From an uncultured Clostridium sp. (lineage in GTDB: Bacteria > Bacillota > Clostridia > Oscillospirales > CAG-272): a DNA stretch of 51,738 nucleotides. The stretch covers positions 1 to 51,738 of the forward strand of contig CAZVUD010000005.1 in assembly GCA_964629615.1 (NCBI GenBank), written 5' to 3'. The translations under genes were made by a program, and so were the position numbers. The notes beneath the pieces are model-generated. The model saw nothing but the letters and a program-made list of their open reading frames with translations. It was not told the origin of the DNA and searched no databases. Below are positions 32,102-40,456 of this stretch, one piece after another; the stretch's first letter is position 1; each line of letters opens with the position of its first letter.

Positions 32102-32250
32102 CAATTTTCCTCCCCTGATCTGTTGAGCTGATTTAAGATATATTCAAGCTCCATGCAAAGCAGAGCTATGTAGTCCTCTATGCGTTCAATACGCTCACTC
32201 ACTGTATCGTTATCAGCACTTGTATATTTAGTAAGTCTGATCTTTCCCAT
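32101..32250 (-). CDS. Small 49-aa helical protein, not in the ORF track
   Basis: MGKIRLTKYTSADNDTVSERIERIEDYIALLCMELEYILNQLNRSGEEN*; fills the gap exactly, with TAATG and TGATG overlaps and a GAGGT RBS. Confidence 0.8.
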   Translation of the reverse strand: MGKIRLTKYTSADNDTVSERIERIEDYIALLCMELEYILNQLNRSGEEN

Positions 32251-32573
32251 TATTTTTTACCTCTTATCACCCATTTTGCATAATCCTTCAAGGATGAATT
32301 GTACGCCGCAGATGATACACTGTATTTTTCAAGTTCACCGCACAAAAGGTCTATCATAGCTATCATATAATATGTGTAAATATCCGAAAAGGCAAACGGA
32401 GCTGTAAGCTCATCACTGCCAAGCGTATGAGGCTTGAATTCATCTGGGGATCTGCCGAACACGAAAGTCATCAGCTTGCTTTCGACATCATTTATCCACA
32501 AAAGCTTAGTATCAAAATCAAATGAATTCTCTTTCACCTTGTCAACATAATCTGCAACTTCCTTTACAGTCAT
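32250..32573 (-). CDS. Phage head-tail adaptor-like protein
   Basis: MT..E....VD..K.N......KL.WIN..E, L.AP..F.DIY.YY..A.ID...GE..KY....A.YN pattern recalled from clostridial phage adaptors; AAGGAGG RBS. Confidence 0.7.
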   Translation of the reverse strand: MTVKEVADYVDKVKENSFDFDTKLLWINDVESKLMTFVFGRSPDEFKPHTLGSDELTAPFAFSDIYTYYMIAMIDLLCGELEKYSVSSAAYNSSLKDYAKWVIRGKK

Positions 32574-32597
32574 AAGATTCCTCCTTTTATTGATCTG

Positions 32598-32641
32598 TCA
32601 TCCCGAGAGCATGGGATGAGGTGCGCGAGAGCATGCGCTCC
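32598..32641 (-). other. Twin hairpins with identical 8-nt loop in the cassette 5' leader
   Basis: Minus strand GGAGCGC-ATGCTCTC-GCGCACC directly followed by TCATCCC-ATGCTCTC-GGGATGA. Confidence 0.7.
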
Positions 32642-32648
32642 GTATACT

Positions 32649-32677
32649 ATTATAGCATAATATACCTGTTTTGTCGG
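32649..32677 (-). promoter_or_regulatory. Extended -10 promoter for the phage-like cassette
   Basis: TGCTATAAT (32657-32649); weak -35 CCGACA at 17-bp spacing. Confidence 0.65.
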
Positions 32678-32839
32678 CGTACGCAATATGCATACCGATA
32701 TGCCTTGATCTCCATTTCGGGCAAAAGAAAAAGATGAGAATTTGCTCCATGCGATTTTTTCGTGAAATCAGAAATCCGAATGACAATTTTTTGTCTATTG
32801 TATACAAATCAGCAAATATAATATTGGTAATATTTATTA

Positions 32840-32868
32840 TTGACACATAGATGATAATGTGATATCAT
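32840..32868 (+). promoter_or_regulatory. SigA promoter of the lipoprotein gene
   Basis: TTGACA-N17-TATCAT with TGn extension. Confidence 0.7.
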
Positions 32869-32962
32869 TAAGTTGGATAAGTAGATATAATGAAAGGAGT
32901 GTTACCGATGGGTCACTGATCTGAAGAGATAGGTGATACTTAATTCGAAAGGAGAAAAAATA

Positions 32963-33822
32963 ATGAAAAAATTAAATTATATTATAATAGCAGCATTATT
33001 GGCAGCAAGTATGTTTGCTACGGCATGCAATACAGTAAGTACAAATGAGGATATGTCAACGGATACGGAGTCAAATTCCGAAACCGAGAGCAATTCGGAA
33101 GCTGCAGATATTATGCAAGAAATAGTTAAAACAGACAATTTCTCTTTATACGTAAAAAATAATAATTATTATATGAAATTTGATCGAAAATATCTGTCTG
33201 AGCAAAATTACAGTCAGGGTATCGGATGTTTCGCTCCTTTGGAGGCTCGTTTTGCAATATAGACGATCTGATCTCATCTTTCAAAAGCGGTAATCTTGAC
33301 AAAGAACAGCTCAGAATAATGTCGTTTTATTCTGATAAGAACGGAGAATTGGATCTCGGAAACCCTGACGAAATAATCAAGATCAATTTTGAGCAAGAGG
33401 TTGTAGGTCTTGATTATGTGACGTGGAATGTGTACGGTATCATGTATCATTTTAAAAACAATGAAGGCTTCATGGAATTAATAACTTCAAAAATGTATAA
33501 CCGTGAGATAAAAGATGTAAAATCTCAAATGGCTGATGACGAATCGATAATAATAAGTTCCGAATTTGATAATGGAGGTACAGATATTTTTACAAGCTAT
33601 CAGAATACTTGTAAAACATACTTATACAGACTCGAAAGTGGGGATAAAAACTTTGTAGTTATGAAAAAATACAATCTTAAAGATGATCTGAACGAAAGTG
33701 AGGAAACTATCGATTGTATCCGGGTCTTTGCAGAAGAGAAAGGTATTTACTATAGAATTGTTATAAGTGATAATGACCTTACTGACGAGCAGATCCTTAA
33801 ATTCGGAATTAAAAACAAATAA
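32963..33822 (+). pseudogene. AT-rich lipoprotein gene split by an apparent 1-nt frameshift near 33250
   Basis: MKK...LLAASMFATAC lipobox and S/T/E linker; frame 1 stops at 33262 while an overlapping frame runs 33226-33822 with no evident RBS; adding one base in CGTTTTGC fuses them. Confidence 0.65.
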
Positions 33823-33846
33823 ATATTAAATTAAGCCATAAAAGCA

Positions 33847-33885
33847 TATAGTGTGCCCCTGTCAAATAGACAGGGGCACACTATA
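33847..33885. repeat. Perfect 17-bp inverted repeat (terminator or mobile-element end relic)
   Basis: TATAGTGTGCCCCTGTC-AAATA-GACAGGGGCACACTATA. Confidence 0.8.
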
Positions 33886-34036
33886 GTATTTAAAACTTTT
33901 TATTTTTCAAGCGTCTGCTATATGGGATCTTATCAAAGATCTGTCGGGGTAAATTGTTTGCTTTCAGCACATCGAGATCCGCACCGTAATACATCTAAGA
34001 ACATCACCCATTCCGTGCATCTTTGATCTTTTGATA

Positions 34037-35275
34037 TTAAAATCTGAAATATTCGGGAAGTCCCTTTTTATATGTAGGATATATCTCGCCGTTTATAAGC
34101 GGAAGTATATATTCAAGGCATCTGTCGGTAACATTGTTTCCTTCAGCTGTGATATAGCTGTCAGGAACATATTTTGTCTTGTTTGCGATAAGGTCGATAT
34201 CCATATGTCCGTATACCGATGAATACTCCCCGTCCTCGCTGTTACGAAGTATGACCATCATCTCGCGCGTAACTCCCTGCTCTGCGGCGCGCACCGCGGC
34301 ATTTCCAACTCCCCACGATTCATTTATATCACACGCACTTGAGATATGAGAGGCGCATCTCTGCGGCAAGCTGAGCTCACATGATCTCACCTTGCATCCT
34401 ATCCTGTCCCTTACAGCAATCTCGAGTGCCTTTCCTGTACCTGCAAGATACTTGTGACCAAAGGCATCCACAGCACCGCCCTGTGTGGATTCTCCGACAT
34501 AGCTTCCGTCTGCAAACTGCAATCCCTCCGAGGCGCATACCACGACATTGGGCTTTTTTACAAGCAATGCATTCACATCAGCTATAAATCTGTCCATATC
34601 GAAGGCTTTTTCGGGAAGATATACAAGATCGGGATACATGCCACCCGTAAGCCTTCCGAGAGCAGATGATGCGGTGAGCCAGCCTGCGTCACGTCCCATT
34701 ATCTCGATGACCGTCACAGCAGGAACTGTGTATACAGCCGTATCATGCACTATTTCGCTTACAGTTGTTGAAATATATTTGGCGGCACAGCCAAATCCGG
34801 GGGTGTGGTCTGTTCCGATAAGATCGTTGTCAATAGTCTTAGGCACTCCTATGATCTGCATGTCATATCCGTGCGCTTCGGTATACTGTGAGAGTTTTGC
34901 AACGGTATCCATGGAATCGTTTCCGCCGATATAGAAGAAATATCGGATATTATACTTTTCAAACACGGATATTATGCTTGAAAATACGCTTTCGTAATCA
35001 TCAGCATCCACCACAGGCAGCTTTCTTCTGCAGGATCCGAGGGCTGCCGCAGGTGTGGTCATAAGCATCTTTATCTTAGACTTGTCCGAAAAGATCTCGC
35101 CAAGCTCAATGAGATCCTCACGCAAAAGTCCGTCGATACCGTTTCTCATTCCGAATATCTTGTCTATTCGGTCGCTCTTCATAGCTCCGCTTATAACGCC
35201 TGCAAGCGTCGCATTTATGGCAGCTGTAGGTCCGCCTGACTGTCCGACCACCGCATTTGCTCTTTCAAATGACAT
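34037..35275 (-). CDS. pfp: 6-phosphofructokinase, PPi-dependent type
   Basis: QSGGPTAAIN, GGNDS (Asp at the PPi-specifying position), PKTIDND, EIMGRDAGW. Confidence 0.9.
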   Translation of the reverse strand: MSFERANAVVGQSGGPTAAINATLAGVISGAMKSDRIDKIFGMRNGIDGLLREDLIELGEIFSDKSKIKMLMTTPAAALGSCRRKLPVVDADDYESVFSSIISVFEKYNIRYFFYIGGNDSMDTVAKLSQYTEAHGYDMQIIGVPKTIDNDLIGTDHTPGFGCAAKYISTTVSEIVHDTAVYTVPAVTVIEIMGRDAGWLTASSALGRLTGGMYPDLVYLPEKAFDMDRFIADVNALLVKKPNVVVCASEGLQFADGSYVGESTQGGAVDAFGHKYLAGTGKALEIAVRDRIGCKVRSCELSLPQRCASHISSACDINESWGVGNAAVRAAEQGVTREMMVILRNSEDGEYSSVYGHMDIDLIANKTKYVPDSYITAEGNNVTDRCLEYILPLINGEIYPTYKKGLPEYFRF

Positions 35276-35310
35276 ATCTATTATACCTCTCAATCGATTT
35301 TACATAAGTC

Positions 35311-36624
35311 TTAACATCTTTTTTTCTTTGGCTTTATAATGAGCGACCACATGGTCCTGAATATAAAGGTCGCGCTTATTATTCCGACCGTAAGACCAAG
35401 CGCTATAAACAGCGCCTTCATTCCGCACTCTCCCGATCTCTGTGCATCGCCGTCAAGAATGGAGAGCATGGTATTAAATAAAAGTCCTCCTGGTACCATG
35501 GGCACTATACCGGGTATCAGCAACACTGTCGTAGGTGTCTTTAACACGTGCGCCATTATTTCGGAATAGGATGCCACTGCAAGTGCCGAAAGCAATGCGC
35601 CCACAAATACATTTTCGTTATAGTACACATAAAACTCAAATATCGAGCAAGCTATCATTGCTCCGAACACGGCAAACACGCCCGACCTGAATTCAAGATT
35701 ATACATCATGACAAGCCCCACTGTACATACAGTAGCTCCGAAAACATGCCAGAGTATGTCGGAAACGCCCGCATTTGCGGCTGATGTGCCCGAATTCTGC
35801 ACTATCGTCTGCAGTGTCAGAAGCGCAAGTGCGTATCCGCATCCTATGGCAACTGTATCTATGAGCACCTCGGAAAGTCTGAGTATTCCCGTCATTACAT
35901 CGCCGCCAAGCAGATCTCGCAGAGAATTTGTAAATGCAACTCCGGGAATGACATTCATGATAGTTCCTATCATGATCCTGTCAGAGTGCAATTCAAGCCC
36001 TGCTTTATTGCCGAGAAAGGTTATAAGTATCGTGCAAAGTCCGCCGAAAAAGCAGATTATCACCTTTGCCATTATCATATTCATGTGCGGTCCCGAGATA
36101 ATCTTATGCAAAACATACATAAGCAAGGCAATACCGCCCGCTATAACAGCCTCTATGACCGAGCCACCGAAATATATGCAAAATCCAAGCGCAGTAAGCA
36201 CATGTGCAAGCAAAAACAGCGGAAGTATGGGCTTTGTGCGCGCATATATCCTGTCCATCTCGCTTATGACCTCGCTCTTTGACGGGCATGTCATGCACAC
36301 GGTCCTTGAAAGATTATTCAATTTTGACAGACGCGAAAAATTATTCGCGCATCCTTTGGTTATCCTTCGCGTACGAGTTACCGTCTTTTCACCGAAATTT
36401 ACGGAAAGTATGATTATGGAGGTGAGTGCAAATACATCTACATGTATAGCACCGTATGCCTTGCATATTCTTTTTATGGTGTCCTCAACTCGGTTTATCT
36501 CTCCGCCGTTACGTTGGATATGCTCGCCTATCTCAAGCGCGATAAATGCAATATCCTCACAGCTTTCGGTAAGCTCGGACGGCTCATCGGAATTTATTAT
36601 TTCATCTACATTCATGGTCTTCAT
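35311..36624 (-). CDS. ThrE family threonine/serine exporter (fused two-domain)
   Basis: GGEI.RVEDT..RI, LN.LSR, IPG.AFTNS.RDL..GD...G, PGIVPMVPG. Confidence 0.9.
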   Translation of the reverse strand: MKTMNVDEIINSDEPSELTESCEDIAFIALEIGEHIQRNGGEINRVEDTIKRICKAYGAIHVDVFALTSIIILSVNFGEKTVTRTRRITKGCANNFSRLSKLNNLSRTVCMTCPSKSEVISEMDRIYARTKPILPLFLLAHVLTALGFCIYFGGSVIEAVIAGGIALLMYVLHKIISGPHMNMIMAKVIICFFGGLCTILITFLGNKAGLELHSDRIMIGTIMNVIPGVAFTNSLRDLLGGDVMTGILRLSEVLIDTVAIGCGYALALLTLQTIVQNSGTSAANAGVSDILWHVFGATVCTVGLVMMYNLEFRSGVFAVFGAMIACSIFEFYVYYNENVFVGALLSALAVASYSEIMAHVLKTPTTVLLIPGIVPMVPGGLLFNTMLSILDGDAQRSGECGMKALFIALGLTVGIISATFIFRTMWSLIIKPKKKRC

Positions 36625-36674
36625 TAAAAACGCAAAGCCAATATGACTGCCCTTTTAAAATACCGATCCGCGCC

Positions 36675-37559
36675 TCAGAGCGCAGCCGATCCGCAGGCAG
36701 CCGCGGCAATGTCCTCTTCATATTTTTTGGCAGTTCTTGCTCTGTACGATGTAACGCCCACAACAGTTTCGCCGTCTATCTGGAGTGCCGTCGGAATGCT
36801 GTACTCAACATATATATCATCACATTCGTACATATCAACTATCTTTTTATATCTCACATGATCGCCCTTATATATGGTAGGCAGCACGCTTAATACCTTT
36901 GCCCTCGTGCCTCCGTGAAAGATCATTCCGCCGAGCTTGCCCGATGTTCTGTCCTGATTTGGAGCGACCATCATGCCTCCGCCGTAAAATCTTCCCTTCA
37001 TGGCACTTGCTATCCATACCTTTTTATAATGCATCTCGACACCGTCTATGATAACACGGGCATCGGGACGCTTGTATTTATAAAGTATGAGCTGCATGGC
37101 TATCATAAGATAATTTATCTTCTTATCCGTGCGTTCCTTGAGCTTATCGGCTTCCTCGCAGACAACTCCGTCAACTCCGTAGCCGATACCGTTTATAAAT
37201 CTCATATCCTTGCCGTTTATGCTCACGACAGGCAGATCCTTAAAATACTCTCGTACATCGGGGCTTCGCATCTCAGGCGCGTCTATGTCACGCAAAAAGT
37301 CATTTCCCGTTCCCGATCTTATTATATACACAGGGCAAGGAATATCAAATCCGTACGTGTTATTTGCAAATCTTGATATAGTTCCGTCGCCTCCGCAAAG
37401 GAAAACATTATCCTTGTCATTGACGGATCTTATAAATTCCTTTACGTCGATGTCAAGAAGGTTGATCTTTACAAGTTCTCTTTCTCCCATGGATCTGTCA
37501 ACTACGTTTATATCGTTGTTGCTGTTATTTGATTTCGGATTAAAAAGAAGATAATTCAT
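36675..37559 (-). CDS. Diacylglycerol/lipid kinase family protein
   Basis: NP.S, GGDGT, GTGNDF, FINGIGYG.D, FYGGGM, QIDGE. Confidence 0.88.
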   Translation of the reverse strand: MNYLLFNPKSNNSNNDINVVDRSMGERELVKINLLDIDVKEFIRSVNDKDNVFLCGGDGTISRFANNTYGFDIPCPVYIIRSGTGNDFLRDIDAPEMRSPDVREYFKDLPVVSINGKDMRFINGIGYGVDGVVCEEADKLKERTDKKINYLMIAMQLILYKYKRPDARVIIDGVEMHYKKVWIASAMKGRFYGGGMMVAPNQDRTSGKLGGMIFHGGTRAKVLSVLPTIYKGDHVRYKKIVDMYECDDIYVEYSIPTALQIDGETVVGVTSYRARTAKKYEEDIAAAACGSAAL

Positions 37560-38248
37560 AGTATATTCTCTTTCGTTTTTATTGTCTTTATATATTCAGA
37601 CACCTCATATTCAAGCAAGGATATCTCACGTGCATATCTTACGGTATCTTTTGGTCTTTCATTTGTTTTCAGCGCTCTTGCAGGTATACCAACTGCCGTG
37701 GAAAATGGCGGCAGGCTATTTAAGAGGACTGCATTTGCCCCGATCTTGCATCCGTTGCCAACGCTTATATTGCCAAGTATCTTAGCTCCAGCTCCGACAG
37801 TCACATCATCGCCAAGCCTTGGATGACGTATTCCACGCTCCTTGCCTGTGCCTCCAAGCGTTACCCCTTGATATAGCGTGCATCTGTCACCGATCCTTGC
37901 CGTTTCACCTATCACCGTGCCCATGCCGTGATCTATAAAAAAGCTCTTTCCTATATTCGCGGCAGGATGTATCTCAATACCTGTCATGCGTCTTGCCGCA
38001 CAGCTTACGGCATGTGCCGCGGCGACATGTCCGCGAGTATATAGGCTGTGCGCCGCTCTGTACATCAGCACTGCCTTGACTCCGGGGTAAAAGACAAGCA
38101 CATGCAGTCTGCTTTTGGCGGCAGGATCGCGCAGCAATGCGGCATCCGTCTGGTCCTGTATCTCATCCTTTATTTTGCAGACATGATCTATCGCTATGCC
38201 GCATACGTCCTTAAGTGACATTTTAATAAGATATAGGATATCCTTCAT
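37556..38248 (-). CDS. cysE: Serine O-acetyltransferase
   Basis: RDPAA, YPG, TGIEIHPAA.IG, FIDHGMGTVIGET, QGVTLGGTGKE...RHP. Confidence 0.92.
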   Translation of the reverse strand: MKDILYLIKMSLKDVCGIAIDHVCKIKDEIQDQTDAALLRDPAAKSRLHVLVFYPGVKAVLMYRAAHSLYTRGHVAAAHAVSCAARRMTGIEIHPAANIGKSFFIDHGMGTVIGETARIGDRCTLYQGVTLGGTGKERGIRHPRLGDDVTVGAGAKILGNISVGNGCKIGANAVLLNSLPPFSTAVGIPARALKTNERPKDTVRYAREISLLEYEVSEYIKTIKTKENIL

Positions 38249-38265
38249 ATTTTTCTTAGCTTAAG

Positions 38266-39216
38266 TCATAAGACTGAATCAAAATACCTCTGTATTCCGT
38301 TTGCAATGCCTACGGCGGCGTTATGTCTGAACTCTGCTGTCTGCATAAGTCTGTCGTCGCCCTCGTTAGTCATGAATCCCATCTCAAGTATGGTCGTGGG
38401 TATCTCGCACCAATTCGTGCCTGTCATATCATCGCCGTAAAGGATACTGTTCTTGCGCTTGCTTATACCGCTTTCTTTGCAATAATCGTCTATCACGTAT
38501 TCGGCAAGGCTCTTGCATTCCGAAAACAGCTTGCCTATCTTATAGGGATTATTCTGTGTCGGACAGCACATAAGTGCGCCGTTTGCCGAGGTTGCATCCG
38601 AGCCGTTTGCATGTATCCTGATGTTTACTGCGCTTATGTAACCGTTCTTATCACTCGGCGCATATTTATTGGCTATCTGCGCTCTTTCTATATTGCTGAC
38701 CTCGACATCATGCACCTCACGCACCATAACGACAGTGTATCCGCGGCTCATAAGCTCATCTCTTAGCGCCAAGGCAACGGTGAGAGTAAGCTCATATTCC
38801 TTGACCCCGGTAAAGCGTCCGTATGTGCCTGATGTGACCTTTGCCTTAAGCACATCGCTTCCGGGTCCGTTCGGCTCTTTTTCGCTCATACCGTGTCTTT
38901 GATGACCTGCATCTATAACGACCACACGATCTTTATTTTCGCCGTAGCCTGAATGGCATATGTCAGTTCCGCCCACAGGCTCGGGAAACACGACAGGATC
39001 CTTTTTCTGTTCTGTATCAGCCTCGGTGTCGCTTGAAGTATCAGACACATCAGATGTATTTTCAATATATGTATCAGTATCCGTATATGTGCCGCTATTT
39101 TCCGTTTCTTTTTGATCATGGGGGCTGTCTATCCTGTTACATCCGACAAAGGATACGGCAGTCAGACCAAGACAGAGTATCGGGCTTACAGCATATTTTA
39201 AAAGCCTTGCATTCAT
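38266..39216 (-). CDS. N-acetylmuramoyl-L-alanine amidase (Amidase_3), lipoprotein
   Basis: Lipobox SFVGC, T/D/S linker, IDAGH, E..LTL, RIHANG, ILEMGFMTN; start at ATG 39216. Confidence 0.9.
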   Translation of the reverse strand: MNARLLKYAVSPILCLGLTAVSFVGCNRIDSPHDQKETENSGTYTDTDTYIENTSDVSDTSSDTEADTEQKKDPVVFPEPVGGTDICHSGYGENKDRVVVIDAGHQRHGMSEKEPNGPGSDVLKAKVTSGTYGRFTGVKEYELTLTVALALRDELMSRGYTVVMVREVHDVEVSNIERAQIANKYAPSDKNGYISAVNIRIHANGSDATSANGALMCCPTQNNPYKIGKLFSECKSLAEYVIDDYCKESGISKRKNSILYGDDMTGTNWCEIPTTILEMGFMTNEGDDRLMQTAEFRHNAAVGIANGIQRYFDSVL

Positions 39217-39331
39217 AGCATATCTCCAAAAATATATATCTCTTCCTACAATTATATCATAACCCTGCCGTTTCGTCAAGATTAAAAAGTAAAATCATGA
39301 TGGCAAGCAAAATTTCTGCATGTCCGTAAAA

Positions 39332-39359
39332 ATATGTACACGCCCACCCTTCATATAAT
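39332..39359 (+). promoter_or_regulatory. SigE-type promoter of sigK
   Basis: ATA-N17-CATATAAT upstream of sigK. Confidence 0.55.
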
Positions 39360-39391
39360 CCCATAAAGCTTTCAAAAAGGAAGGTCAGCAT

Positions 39392-40078
39392 ATGTTTATT
39401 TTTTCTCTTGTGGTGGCTTTTTTAGCCAAGATGCTCCATCCAACGCTCAGTATAGGTGGGCATCAGAGCTTTCCCGAGGCATTGAGTCGGGAGGAAGAAG
39501 GGATCTTATTTTCAAAAATGTCGGAGGGCGATGAGGACGCAAGGCAGAAATTGATACTTCACAATCTCAGGCTCGTGGCTCACATAGTCAGAAAATACTA
39601 TTCGACAAATAAAAACAGTGAGGATCTGGTCTCCATCGGAACGATAGGACTTATAAAAGCCGTGGACAGCTTTAAATGTGAGAACGGTGCAAAATTTGCA
39701 ACCTATGCCGCCAAGTGTATCCAGAATGAGATACTTATGAGCTTCCGCGCGCAGAAGAAAAGAGCAAATGAGATATCCATAAATGAGACCATAGACGTTG
39801 ACCGCGACGGAAACCCATTGACTTACATGGATGTCATAAGCTCGGACGACAATATGACAGACGAGATAGACAGAAAGATAATGTCAAGCAAGGCACTGCA
39901 TTGCATAAACACAGTCCTGTCCGAGCGCGAGCGGCAGATAATAATAATGCGCTTCGGACTGTTCGGGACAAAAGAGCTGACGCAGAGGGAGATAGCAGAA
40001 AAACTCTGCATATCCCGCTCGTACGTCAGCCGTATAGAAAAGAGCGCTTTGCTCAAGCTTCGTGATATACTTATGTGA
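39392..40078 (+). CDS. sigK: Sporulation sigma factor SigK (pro-form, uninterrupted)
   Basis: Hydrophobic pro-sequence then SFP..LS.EEE, HNLRLVAHIV.KY, DLVSIGTIGLIKA, YAAKCI.NEILM, TQREIA..L.ISRSYVSRIEK. Confidence 0.93.
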   Translation: MFIFSLVVAFLAKMLHPTLSIGGHQSFPEALSREEEGILFSKMSEGDEDARQKLILHNLRLVAHIVRKYYSTNKNSEDLVSIGTIGLIKAVDSFKCENGAKFATYAAKCIQNEILMSFRAQKKRANEISINETIDVDRDGNPLTYMDVISSDDNMTDEIDRKIMSSKALHCINTVLSERERQIIIMRFGLFGTKELTQREIAEKLCISRSYVSRIEKSALLKLRDILM

Positions 40079-40080
40079 TA

Positions 40081-40452
40081 TCAGCCCCGACGCTTGCTTC
40101 GCACAAAAAGCGCGGCGTTAAAGCTTAAGACAAGGGCGGCGCATGTGCCGCCCGACGCGGCGGTCAGCGCGCCTGTAAATATCCCCATATATCCCTTCTC
40201 GTCTATTGCTTTTTTCATACCTGTGGCAATGAGATTTCCAAATCCCGTCAATGGAACGGTAGCCCCTGCTCCGCCTATGTCTATAAGGTGCTGATATACA
40301 CCGCACGCGCCAAGCAAAACGCCCATTACGACATACAAAACAAGTATCCTTGCAGGCGTCAGCATGGTCTTATCTATCAGTATCTGCGCCACGATGCAAA
40401 GAGCGCCGCCTACAAGAAACGCGCGCAATAGCGAAAGTATGACATCCGACAT
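40081..40452 (-). CDS. spoVAE: Stage V sporulation protein AE
   Basis: AFLVGG.LC..AQILIDKT.LTPARILV.YV..G, GAGATVPLTGFG. Confidence 0.93.
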   Translation of the reverse strand: MSDVILSLLRAFLVGGALCIVAQILIDKTMLTPARILVLYVVMGVLLGACGVYQHLIDIGGAGATVPLTGFGNLIATGMKKAIDEKGYMGIFTGALTAASGGTCAALVLSFNAALFVRSKRRG

Positions 40453-40456
40453 ATGA

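Noticed and set aside
32598-32846. 82-aa minus-strand ORF upstream of the adaptor-like gene
   Set aside because: Runs through promoter and hairpin sequence, has no RBS and is not protein-like.
30530-33900. Intact prophage or integrative element
   Set aside because: No integrase, att-like flanking repeats, terminase, capsid or lysis genes seen.
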